Shown piece by piece: positions 48,801-61,800 of a stretch of 64,000 nucleotides of DNA (position 1 is its first letter; each line of letters opens with the position of its first letter). The notes beneath the pieces are model-generated. The model was not told the DNA's origin. It saw only the letters and a program-made list of their open reading frames with translations, and made no database searches. This DNA is from Microthyrium microscopicum. Lineage: Eukaryota. A program made the position numbers and the translations under genes. Where the stretch lies: assembly GCA_010405405.1 (NCBI GenBank), contig MU004238.1:1933530-1997529 (forward strand), in the 5' to 3' direction.

Positions 48801-50013
48801 TGATTCCTAATGTTTGCCGAGTGACTAGTTGCAGCTTTGGGACCGAAAATGCGCTGGCGTATCGGGACATTCTTTCGTGCCTGGAGGTTTAAATGCCGCC
48901 TGGATGCAAAGCAGGAACATGCATTGGGCTATCTCGGATGTGCCTGCCGAAAAATGTCAACGATTGCATGGTTTAATCATGAGAAAAGTTAAAAATGAAG
49001 AGAGCTAGAGTTGTTTCATACTAAGATGTAGCAATACTACGGGTTCATGTTGTACAAACAGTGCCGAAAGAGAAGTCAGTCCGATCAACCATCTCTTCTC
49101 AGATCTCAAATCGGAGGATAAACCAGTACAATGACGTCTTTTTGCGATCGCGCAAGGTGAATCTGGGATAACACATTCTTAGTTTACGGTTTATCTTTTG
49201 ATTCGTTAAGTCTCTACAGTACTCACCTACAAACTCTAGAGATGTTGATCTCGCTGGCCCCTGTGGATGAACTTGCAATTGCATTTGTTCGGCACGACTG
49301 ACTTGATCTGTAACACAAATAAAGGGTCTCTCAGCACTTCTTTACGACGTGGCGCGGACAATTATGTTTCCTGTCTCTTTAGCTACCGTAACCAGGTTTT
49401 GGTTTGACGATTGAGCGCGATGAAAACGGTGTGGCGTCGCGCGACCGTCCGCCACCCGCAGACCATTCCGTGTTCCACGAGAATTCCACGACGAATGAAT
49501 CGAAGTTATCGAACAACCAGATGTGGCGCATTATACATCGATATAGACGATAATGACGAGTCGTACAAAATATAGAAATTTGAAATGGAAAGTTCTCAGG
49601 AACGGTTCCTGACAAGCGCCGCTACCAAAAAAAACCATACAGGAAACGCTATGCACAATGCGCCATGATTCATTTAGGTGCATGGAATTATTGTGCTACT
49701 CAACATGGGCAAAAGGTTGAATGCGATGTTGTTTTCAGCAAGGCTGGAATCTATGATGGTATGATATATGGAAGAGCTACAAGAACCGACATGCCAAAGT
49801 CTCTAATCGGAGAAAAGCTGCTTTGACATATTGAACTATTGAACCTTGAAGGCCTGTTTGCAGGTATCTCGTCAAAAGGTTTCCTATCTTGATATCGAAT
49901 CCACCCTAGCCAACTTTGAATTGATAATGAAACTTGTTTTGATAAGAAGTTGAGCACGAGAGGCACTGCCCCTGCTGTTTTTGGACCCTGATTTATATAA
50001 AGAACTCGTCCAT

Positions 50014-52903
50014 CCCTTTGCATCCTATACTAAATTATCGACATCCGCCACATCCGCCGGAAGATAACCACTTTAGGACTAACGCTAAACCTAAAATATA
50101 CGAATAGACCACTACTCTTTTGTTTCCCCCTAGATGTACCTAAAGTTCGCCCTTAATAAAAATATATGCGTTAGTAAGCTATGATTTGACTCTATAATTT
50201 CTAAAATTTTAGTATTAATTAGATAAGAATTAGTAAAACGATGCTATAGTAACTAAATTTACTAATCTTCTAATCTAGGTGCCTACTATCCCTTTAAAAT
50301 TAGCTTAATCTTATCCTCTAGTATTAGTTTACTAACTAAGATGCTAAACTATATTAATACGTTTCTATCTATAGTTTTATAAGCAAATATTAAGGAAGAA
50401 GATAAAGGTGTTCTTTTTAAAGCTTTCTCTTCTTATATTAATTATAATATACTTTTATCCTTAGAATTTAGTAGATTACTATTACTATTATATCTTAAAG
50501 TTCTTCTACCTAATTTTAACTTAGGCTTATGTCTAGATGCTATAGATAGAGATATTATTTATACTTTAAGAAGTAGACGTTAAGTAGTTATAAAAGGTTA
50601 ACTAGAGATAAATTTTATCTCTCTTTAATATTTATAATACTATAAATTCTCTATAAAGCTATTAGATAATTTATATAGTAAAGAGCTAGTATTATAATAT
50701 TAAATTCTATATTAATTACCTAGAAGATTAGTAGATCTAGCTCCCTTAATTAAAGAATGTAAACTATAGAATTTAGAAGTACTCTATACTTGCTATAATA
50801 TGCTACTAATCTTCTTTAATATATTATAGAAGGACTAAGACTTTAATTTAATTGCTATTAATATTAATCTATATCTATAATCTAATCTTCTTACTATAGG
50901 AAAGGATATAGATTTAATTATACCTATTTTAGTAAAGGAAATCTAGATATTCCTTAGTATTATTATATATCTTAGGGCGTACTTAGTATAAGATATAGTA
51001 GATCTCTAAAGCTTTAATACTACTATACTATTAAATAATATCTTAAGCTTTATTATATAAGATTGCTAGTAGCTTATTAAAAGGAATATCTATTTAAAAG
51101 CTTCTAATAAGATAAAAGTGCTAGAGACCTCTATATAAAGAAGAGAAGCCTTATTTAAGAAGCTAGATTTCTTATCTTCTACCTTTTCTTAGCGCTTTAA
51201 AGATACTATAATTTCTATAAACTACGTCTTAATTAATAAGATAATAGTAAAATTTACTAGTAGAACTAGTGTAAAACTCTATATAAAAGAAAAACTAATT
51301 CTTAAAGGCTTTAAAGTACTCACTACTTGCTTCTTAGGCTACCTATAGGATTATTTTTATATAATTCCTAGTAGTTTCTTATTATTAGATAGTAATAAAG
51401 ATATATCTACCTACGCTTATTCTTAGAGTCCTCTTTTAGGTGCTTTAAGCTTTTAGAGTAATATAAATATAATATCTTAGGTAGTTCTTATAATAGCGCT
51501 TACCTTATTATTTATGCTTAAATGCTTCTTAATCTTTACTAATAACTTCTTTAATAATATACGTCTTCTTTAGATCCTAAGGGATTATAGCTTTAGATAC
51601 TCTAAAATAATTTGCGTAAGATTTAAAGATTATCCTTATTAATACACCTTAGAATTAAAGGAATCTAATAATTAGCTATAGGGTAGAATAGATACTAAAA
51701 GCGTCTATAGAGTACTTAGTATTCTATAGCGTAATTGTGTTCTTATAAGATTCCTAATAACTTATTACTTATCTTCTAAGATACTTTACGTATCTAGAAA
51801 GAGGCTAAATATATAATTAGTATACGATAGATAGTAAGTAACTTAAATTTAGAGTAATTACGTAGTAATTTAATATCTCTAGCCTATAGTAGCTATTAAG
51901 TATAACTAGTTTATAGGTAGTATTAATATTACTAACTAATAGTAATCCTACTATATAGTTTACTATAGGAGTAAGAAATCTCTTATATTTTTAGATTAAT
52001 AGTATAACTTTTTAGTTTTAAGTTTAATTAACTTAAAAGTACTACTATTTAATTTATCTTGTTTTTAGCTCCTTACTAATATTAATTATAGGCGTTAGAA
52101 TATAGATATTACTTTTTTTATAGTTAATTAATGCTACTATTATAAATATATACCTTTTGGCACTAGAGTCCTAGATACGTACGTACCTTACTATAACTAG
52201 GTATAATAAAAATAATATATTTTCTTTATAATAATTCTACTTATATCTAGTATAGAGTTTATACTTTAAAGTATATTAGAAGATATATAGAAAGTAGCGC
52301 TTTCTAATAGTAATAGGCTTATATTATAAAAACCTTAAAATATAAGATAGCTATAGCTTAAAATATATCGTTTATAGTTCTTTACTCTCTTTTATAAGAT
52401 TTTACTTAGGGCGCTATAAAATAGCCTAACTACCTCTAAAGTATAAATAATATACTTATTATTAATAGAAACATTATTAAGTAGATAATATACGCTTAAA
52501 GATAAGAATAATATTCTAGTACTATAAGGAATATATAGAAGCTATACCTCTTTATAATACCTATTTTATTAATTACTATAAAGATAGTATATGCTAATAT
52601 CTAGCTATTTTAATATCTAGTTTGCTAATAAATTGGTAGGGATAGGCATCCTATAGGATTAGTAAATTAGACATAGAGATTGTAAGATTATGCTATATAA
52701 TAAGAAGGGCTTGACGAAGGTAATTTAACTCTAATAATTATATTTAGATACGTGTATTTTGGCTTAGTAACTAGAAGACCCCTTAGCTTGTGCCCCTATA
52801 TTAATTATGGCTTTTAATCGCTCAGAATATTGCCTTTTTGGGTTAGAAGAATATAGCTTAAACGACGCCTCCAAGGGTGCACAGAACATCAGGATGCAAA
52901 GGG
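50014..52903 (+). mobile_element. Full-length RIP-inactivated piggyBac-superfamily DNA transposon (2,890 bp)
   Basis: Abrupt AT-rich, TpA-saturated, CpA/TpG-depleted block bounded by perfect 13-bp TIRs CCCTTTGCATCCT (50014-50026) and AGGATGCAAAGGG (52891-52903). De-RIPed transposase motifs lie in one frame. Confidence 0.88.
51226..52585 (+). pseudogene. piggyBac-type DDD transposase remnant (catalytic core and Cys-rich tail; 5' extent not resolved)
   Basis: Reversing C>T/G>A gives VSIDEMMVKFTGRT..K..MKEKPIPEGFKVL....GYLW at 51226, DNFF at 51541, WRD...RFL.TYH at ~51727 and YNQFMGGVDIADQ at 51901, all in the same frame. CKEC...PLC..CF..YH follows at ~52523, after a probable intron near 52178-52249. 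Confidence 0.85.
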
Positions 52904-55900
52904 ATAACTTGATCTGGCTCATTACCACTCTCGTTGGTTAAAGTTGAAGCTCCAAGTCCTTGGCTGTTGGGCAGTGCTCTTCCACGAATCCACGTGCATC
53001 AATCCGGGGAAGGAAACCATAATCATCAAAACGTACAGTCTTTACTCGTATCAATGCGGTACTACAGAGGTTGGGGGCGGTTCTGAGCTTTCGACTTTTT
53101 TTCACAGCCTTTCTGTTATAGTCAATAATCATGTGGAGAGTCAAGCTGTCACTGCATCGCCTCAGCTGTCGAAAAACGCCCAATTCGTGGAGAGTTCCGC
53201 TGGAGATGTGGTATGGTCTGTTCTACAGCCCCGGATATCTCTACAACCTTATCTGCCTCCAGCCCCATTATTATTAGCAGCTAACGCCCACATAACTCAT
53301 CCTTGGATTCTTGGAGATATTGGAGAAGCTTTGGTTAGTACTGTAGCGTAGCGTATCGTGGAGTAGGGTCGTCTTAGCACTCAGCCACTTGTCCTGAAGA
53401 TAGTCCACCATAAACTCGGATAATATCGACGTAGTCAAGTTTCACCGGTTGTGAGGAAGGATCAGTTGTTTTAGAGTATTGTATCGTTCCCATGATTGGT
53501 CAAGATATCTTCATCTGCTTCTCGCAGCTCGAATACCGACGAGCCACATGCAAACGGTAGAGCTGGCGGAAGCACTTATGCATGCACTTTAATCCACTGG
53601 TCCCAGTCTCCGCTGCATGGTGCATTATATCACGTCATGGAGTATGAGACCCTGAGTGAAAAACTCGTTTTATCGTACTTAAAAAGAATTGAGATACACA
53701 AACAATATCCATGATCTCATTGAGAACTGGCCGTTACGATCAAGTACAGAAATCATGGTTGGCTAACATGCGATAGAAAGAGTCAAGGTAAACCCTGCAT
53801 AATGATTCTAATTGTTAGTGTGCAACTACCGACATATTTCAGAATATCGCTTAATTCAGCTGGGCTTCGTCCAAAAAACTCTGTAAGGCTGCATTGATCG
53901 ACATGAAGTGTCGATCGGGTATCAATACTTCTTGTTATGTACTTGTAGACGGATATTAGCTGCTCCGTTTCTGAAGATGTAATGGCACTTGTTTATTGGG
54001 TATTATTATCTCTACAATCTGTTTGTTTACAGTTTATGCAACTAACAGACTGTCGCAATAACTCTATATTACAGCTTTTAGATGGCCTTCTTCCCGCGAG
54101 ATAGTGCCCGACGGATGCAGTACCAAGCCTTCCTAGTTTGCCAACCCCAAGGCGTTATCGGTTGACAATTGTCGATCTTCTTGCGGAGGTGGATGAAGGA
54201 GGCAGAAAGCTTCTTGGCCTTACTGAATTCAACTCGCGTCCAATCGCCAACAATTGAGCCCTGTTCTGCATCCCCACACCAAGCAATATTGTCTGTACGT
54301 TGCTCTTTGGAGCAAACGCCTAGTGACTTACAGCAATATCTTTGCGGCACAATTCACACAATGTGAGCAGAGAACGTCCGAGGGATGCCGGACGCAAATA
54401 AGATCGGCACAGCGCTCGTGTTTCCCTCATTATATTCAGTTTGAGGTATTCTGATTGGAAAGATATTGAGTCTGTCGTGTCAATTCTTTAACTAGATCGA
54501 CGCCAGGTTAAGTAATATCCGTGGCCAGGTTGTGTTGCCGCGATCTACGGAGATCATACTTGATACAGTAGTATGTTTCGAAATCTTGGTAAATGTTCGA
54601 CGGACTGTTGGACTAATTCAAGGTTGTTAAGCACTATTTCAAGATTTGCCTCAATAATCACGAACTACTCATCAACTGCAGTTTGTGGCAACAATGTGCG
54701 ATAAGGCAAGGGAAAGGCCATTGCTTTTTAGAGACAAGCAAGGCACAAACTCACTTAGCAGTATTTAAGGTTTAGCGGGGAAGCAGCCGCGTCTAAAAAT
54801 GGCTCAGAGCGCTTTTGCACAAGCAGACACGAACTCTAGCCCCCTTGGTGGGCAGCCAGTCAGAGTCAGTTCTGGAATGCTTCCAAATGCGTTGGAAGGA
54901 GGCTGGTTTTGCTGACAAAACGAGTCAAGTACTTTTATAACGCCTGGGGCTATCGAGTCTCAGACCATCAGCCTCTTTTGACTGATTAGGCTCGAGGTCA
55001 CATCCAGGGACCAGAAGAAGAGACAGTTGCTGATCTATCACACGACATTGCTCTTAAGGCTGATATTGTAAAGGCACGTAAACGCCTCCTTGATACTTCC
55101 ATCCTCAATGTCAAATTCGATTTTTGGCTGCGACATAAATGCTTCCAAGAGCCTTTACTATGGAGTAGTAGGCAGGACGTTCGACATCGGCTAAAATTTG
55201 AAGAATCTCGCTAACCAGGCGGGACTGCGTCATAGCTATTAATTTCCGTCACGATACAAGGCGGCGAGTTCAATCTCTATATTGCGTTAAGGTGCGGCCA
55301 ACTCGCCTTCCGGTCGTTATCTCGTGTTGGCGAGCTGAGCTGAGGGGCGAAGAAGGCTGGGCCACTGGAGAGGGAGGTTCGAGGGAGATAGTGATTTTGC
55401 AACTGGACGTGCTGAGAGAAACGAAAACATTTCAGACAGGACCAGTAGTGATCACTGGTGGTCGATATACTGATTCCCGAAGATCAACAAATGCCTTCTC
55501 TTCTGAGAACGGAAGATGTGCTTAAGAGCGATATATATCCAATCGCGCAAGTGTATTTTTCGTTAACGAAAGAAAAAAGACTTGTCCAGAGATGCCAACC
55601 GTCTTGGAGGCACAGTGCATCAGATCATCGTGGGCTAAGAGCTGTTAGATCCCGTAAACTGTTACTGTGGCTTGGAAAGCCTCCCGATTAAGAGCCAGTC
55701 ATCCTCCTCGGGACGACCTGTTCGGCTACTCGCCTCCTATCACTTATCGGTAGTGTGAAAGTGCGATCTGCAATCCTCCAAGTCACGATAGGGAGACCAA
55801 AAGGGGCAGCGGATGGGCCTCTTTCCGAATCCACACGGCGAGTGTCCTCACAATGCCATTGTCTGCTTTCTCAGGTGGCGGTCAGCCGTGCAAATGCTTT

Positions 55901-58886
55901 GGAGGTCAGAATTTCAGAATTAATTCATCTTAGCCTCAATCTCATAGCGCGACATGCTTGAGACTTGGACTCAAAATTGCTTTTAGAGCCGAGGCTTCAA
56001 CGGCACGGACAGTCAAAAAGTTTCGAGGACGTCACCACGAATGGCACGAAACCAACTGCGAGTGTCGGTGCATCAGAACTGCATATGGAGTTTTGCTTCT
56101 CGATCGAAAATCGATCTAAAGTTTGAGGAATCGATCCGGCCTAGGTAGTACAGGTCAACGCCGCCCTGTAGTCTACGATGCTCAGCAGCGGACTATGATT
56201 GAAGATTGACATACTAGCTGCCACTGGCTATACGTACAGTGTTACTAGTGTTGTATCATGACTATTCTTGAATGTTAGTATTGGGCGGTTTGGCCGCGTG
56301 GAAACCCATCGGAGAACATATGTTGTGCTATGTAATACAGAACAATCAAGGGACCTGGACCATTCCATTCCAGACTGCTGGATACCTGTCAATTGCAAAT
56401 TTGAGGTCTAAATCCGCTGAACAACAGCAAGTGTAAGCTCTTTGCAGGCTGTGTTTAGACAAAAATAATGTGGGGGATGAAACATGATAAGTAAGCTTAG
56501 AAACGACATGGAAACGCATTGGGGGGGCCGAGGAATAGTACAGGCCGACACACTGAGGTAGACAATTTATTGGTGATTAGGTTTCGACAAGGCCATCTGG
56601 TACAGCCACTGCACCGGGATGTATCACTTCCTCGATGCATTGGAGCGAGAGGACTGTAGATGCTTTAACAACTGCTGGCAACAAATGGCTGGCGTCTAAT
56701 GCTTAAAAATCAGAGGTAAAATCGCTAAGCATGTAGGTAAGTTAGCATTTTTGAGAGTACGGAATGAGTACAACACATTGCCACGAAATTCATCACGAGC
56801 TAGAGGCATGCATAGTATGCTTCTAGGGGCAGGGTTTATGCCTCAACCAGGTTTGCTGGGAGGTACTGCTTAGTCGAAGCATCATGGTTTTCCTAGAGGT
56901 ACTACTTGGTGCAACAACTATTGAGTGGATATACATAATACGGATCAGAATATCGGACCTTGGTGGAGCTGCGTTGAGTGCCCCGGTATAGATGGACTGT
57001 ACAATACGGACATACGATGACTGAATGACTACTAGAATATGCGACTTCAAATTTTTACTGTAACAGTCTCTGAGTATCTCTGAACATCTCTGGCCAAGCT
57101 ACTCCAGTCTGGCTTTGGATCTTCGACCAAACAGTGTTGCAATTCCGACGCTCACCGCTGGAGAAGGTTTGGTGAGTAGGTAGGTAGGTTCTTGGCGGCT
57201 GATAGGCTTGTTGTATGCTCACCACGAGAGGCCTGAAAATATCGTCTTGCTTGCAGTAAGCTCACAAGCTCAGAACATATCTTATCCCAAAAAGTTGAAG
57301 ATTTCCAATATTGCATGCTTTGTAGGGTCTAGCCCATGGCCTTTTGCTCCAGGGAACCCATATACAGTGATTAGCACTCCACATGCGTTTTGATCCCATT
57401 GACGGGGACGCAAGCAGCACTACAGGCAACCTCTGGAGGTGCAGTTGGCAGTCAAGCACTACTGGATAAGGTAGGCTATGAGAGGACTAGCGACCAGAAT
57501 GGGTGAAGCAGAAGCAGAGACTAGGACACAAGATAAAGGGTGGCTCAGGGGGGCGCTGGACAAGACTAGGGAGGTGGGCAATCAGGGACGCCTTGGAGGT
57601 TTAGTTTTAGTTTATCCTTGAAAGTTTAAGAGGTTTGGGGACCTTGCGGCCCTCAGACCATACCATACTACCATAGACCACAGACCATCAATCCATGAAT
57701 TGGGCTGGCAGCACAATAGACTGGGCGGGAAGATAGTAACAGCCTCACGGCCGCTTGGACCTTCAGGGTCGATCGCTGGCAGCATTAGCAACAATGGCTT
57801 CGAACTGGCACCGTTCTGGCAGCCTTTACAGCCTCTCGAAAAGGAGCCAAATTAAGATCAGACTCTAAACTTGACGCTGTGACGCGCTTCACCATGACCG
57901 CCAACCTGCCGACTTGTGGAGCAAGCCATGCAATATCATAGAGTATGGATCACAGTTTGTGTCCACACTCTGTCCACACTGGGCATACAACTCAGCATTC
58001 CCTAGCCGTCAAAGCCGTAGAATGATATCTCTCAACTAAAACTATTCTGGAAGTCAGAGTGTTTGCCAATCTCTAATTCTTTGCATCCTGCTTGCATCTA
58101 TCTCTCTCACTTTCTCAACCTCTCTACTATCAAACCAGGCCCAGTCCTGCATCTCTAGAATCCTTCCCTGATCTTCCTCGTCAGACCCTCTCGCCATCCT
58201 GGTTTCTCAACAAATAGGCCCGTTACTACTTCTGCTAACGCACAGCCTGCACGTCTTGTAGCTTATATCCCATCGCTCTGGACAGGCAAGACAAGGCTAT
58301 TTGTGGGAGATCCACAGTACCCGTTCCCTCCCCTCCCTGGCAAGCTTCGATACGAAAGCTTTCTTCAAAACGGCAATCTTACATCCAGTCTTTCGCTTCA
58401 GACTCTCACCCTCAGGCCTTGTTCAAGATCGATGCTACTGCTGTCAGTCCTGTCAAAACCCTTTCTGGCCCCAGCTATCATCTCTCGGAACTCGCGACTC
58501 TAATTCAACGGGAATTTCGCTATCGCCGTTTGCCTTTCATCCCACTTTCGTTTCTCTGCCTTTTCTACTTTGAGCTTGAAAGAGCCTCATCAGGTCCCCT
58601 AATTTTATTGTAATGTCAACAATTTGATGTTTCGCTCACACCAAATTGTTTCTCAACTTTTTTTAAACATCTCCCAAGCCTCATCTGGTGCAGACCACCC
58701 CCGCTGCCATTCTCGTCTACCAAGAGGGTAATAATAGAAGCTACTCAGCCCTATTCTCCACGCCACGTTCGCTCCCTTGAAAGAGATCAAAAACATTGGA
58801 ATATACAGCATACCATTCATACTTTAATAATCCTTTAAGTATTGTCTAATCGACCAACTCCTAATTCGGCATAACCTACCGTCATC

Positions 58887-61800
58887 ATGGTTTTCTGCAC
58901 CTATTGTGGTCAGTCCTTTACTCGGGATGAACATCTCGAACGACATATCCTCACTCGTAAGTACTCATCGTAGCATTCCTGGCTCTTCAAACTCGATAAT
59001 AACAGCCTCATAGACACCAATATCAAGCCTTTCAAGTGCTTTACATGTCACATGTCCTTTGCTCGCCGGTAAGCGCTGCTCAGCATCAATCATCTATCAG
59101 TCAAGTCGCAGTGACTAACAGCCTTGTAGTGATCTCCTTCAAAGGCATTACACAGTCCATGGAAAGAACCAGGAAAATGGAGAAGGGGTTCCAAGCATAA
59201 TGGTCCCAAAAAGTGCCGGCCGAACACCCATTGCCTGCACAAACTGCGCCAAAACCAAGACGAAATGCGACAAGAAGTTCCCATGTAGTCGCTGTGCCAG
59301 TCGAAACCTCAAGTGTATCCTTCGACCCACCCGACGAGTCTCTCGGAATGTCAATCGCATGACTGTAAAAGCAGATGGTGAAGCAAGCAGCAGCTCATCG
59401 TCAGCGGAGCCAACTCAACCTGGTCAAATCATCACGCCAGATGGTTCGAGTAGGAATTCACCACAACCTCCTATTTCCAATCCCTCACCACGAACCACCA
59501 TGCCAGCTCCCGCCGTAGACCAAAAACCTCTGCCAGTCAGCACGCCTGAGCCGTCCGCATCCGCCTCTTCCGAACCTTCCGCAGTTTTCTTCCAACCAAG
59601 TCCATCCAGTGCTGCATCTCAACACGTCACCACAGTCATGTCACCTCTTCCCACACCAGGCACAATAATAAATGGTTTCATGTCGAGTACGCCAATATCA
59701 GGCTACGATGAGTTTGCCGGAGTCTCCAGAGACGGCTCAGATCAATCCAGTCCTCGTTTCATGATGGATTGGACCATGCAATTCTCTCCTCCTCACATGG
59801 ATTCGCTTCGAGGCCAAGACATCATGATGCCAGCCATGGCCAATCCAATGGGAATGTCTATGGATGGATTAGCAGACGCAACTATGCTCACAATGATTCC
59901 TGAGTTCGCTGGCTCAATGGGCTCGCTACAAACACCCATTGCAACCCCTCGTTTGAGTATGAGCACCACACTGTCAGAGCTCGAGCTTGGCAATACCAGT
60001 GTAGCGCTTGCTCCCAGTACTCGACAAACATCGATGAGTGGTGAAATAAGCGCTTCTGGTGACCTTCCCGCTGTCATCAGGGCTCAAGATGGCTGGAACT
60101 GTTTCAGATCCGCTCCCACCATTTCGCCAGCCTTGTGTCCAAAGACTGCCAAGTTGCACATTGAGCGACTTGAACAAAGCTTGAAGAACCATGAAGGTTG
60201 GAACGGCTGGGCTCCAGCTTGGCAGGATACCGATACATCAAACGACCATCTCCATGTGGTACCTTTGCAAGAAGGATCCAAGGACAAGCTCTTTGCCATC
60301 ACCCAGACTTTCCTGCACAAGGCATTGGAAGTTCATCGCAACACAAATACTGGCACACCAGAGGGAGGCAACTCGCCATATGCTGGTGCTTCCAATTTTG
60401 TCATATTGCCACCCATTCGAGTTCTTACGTATTTCCTTCGAGCTTACGCGAATTCATTCGAGCAATATTTCCCAATGTCATCTCGAGGGACATTGGATGT
60501 AAACGAAAAGCTCATGAATCAGAGCATTAGTGACAAAGCAGGTGCACTGCTCACTTTGATGATGATCGCTGCTGGCTCTCTTTCAATACCTGCTTTGGAT
60601 GCACGATGGTTGAATGGTGGATTTGTTGAAGCTTGCCGAATTTCCCTGTTTGATTTGATTGAAACAAACATATCCATGGCAGCCGACCCCACAGTGCTTC
60701 ATTCCGCCTTGCTCTTTACAAACACTGCTGCTTGGAGTGGTGATAAATGGCACATGAACATTGCCATGGGCCAAAGGGGCATGTACACTGCAATGCTGAG
60801 ACACTCTGGTGCCCTCGAACATCAACGCATTGTACCAGATGCATCCAGTACGCCAGACCAACTGCACCAAAATTGGCTACAGCAGGAGACCATGAGTCGG
60901 TAAGTTTCAACCATTTTTGCCATTGCTGAACGACCACTAATTTTTTGTTTCCAGATTGGTTTACTCTTGGGCAATGAGTGATCAAGATTTGTCATTGTTC
61001 AACGATTCTACTCCACTTTTCTCAATGACTGAATTTGGTACTCCAATGCCAGATTCTGATCGTCTATGGCATGCAAAGACTGCTGCAGAGTGGTCTACTG
61101 TGTTTAGCCAGGTCCATGAATTTTCCGGTGGGTATTCGGCAGTGACTTCGGGCGTTCGTCCATTGTCATTGCGTGACATGTTCCGGCATTTCATGGAAGA
61201 CGATATCATCCCTCGAGGGATGGAATTGACTCCGCTGCATCTGAGGTTATTGCTGCATCCACTTCAATCACTGGTGTGTCAGTATCGTCAACTTACAGCC
61301 TGCTTTTCCGACAATATTTCACCAAGGCAGCAAACCAACAATGTTCACACTCAATCAGTGCGAGCAAGATTAGAAGAGCTTCAAGTTCTTCTCAAGAGAT
61401 GGCGACGATTGGCTGACAGATATTCATCTTCTCATCCATTGTGCCCTTTGATGCAAGCAAGTCTAGTCATCTTCCATCTGATTAGCTTGAATACTGTCAC
61501 AAACTTCCCCGAAATTGAGAAACTCGCTCGCAAGGAAGATTATGATGGCACCTATGCTCAGCTCATGTGGAAGCACAAGAAATGCATCACTGATGTTGAG
61601 GAGGCTGTCTACCACGCTGGTCAAGTCATCCGGCTGATCAAGCAGATGCACGCCAATGTTCGGCCACCATGGTGGCCAGCTGCCATCTACCGTGTAGGCT
61701 TGATCATGTGGGCCGAGAGCCTTGCACACAATGAAAACATCCCCAACGAGATGTTCTCGCCATCCATGGAGCAGTTTGTGGCCGTCGACTCTCTTCCCGC

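Larger units (their letters stand above)
42841..58886. promoter_or_regulatory. ~16 kb divergent intergenic/regulatory region shared by PKS1 and CMR1
   Basis: The ATGs at 42840 (-) and 58887 (+) face away from each other. No ORF with a recognisable intact domain lies between them; TATAAA is present near 42953. Confidence 0.7.

Noticed and set aside
49596..49612. 8-bp-stem hairpin tcaggaac-g-gttcctga (and a similar one at 53896-53916)
   Set aside because: Expected by chance in 64 kb; no Helitron-type CTRR end or matching partner.
50014..52903. Interpreting the AT-rich block as a mitochondrial insertion, centromere or LTR retroelement
   Set aside because: TpA excess, terminal inverted repeats and recoverable DDD transposase motifs fit a RIPed DNA transposon; no LTR pair or RT motifs were seen.
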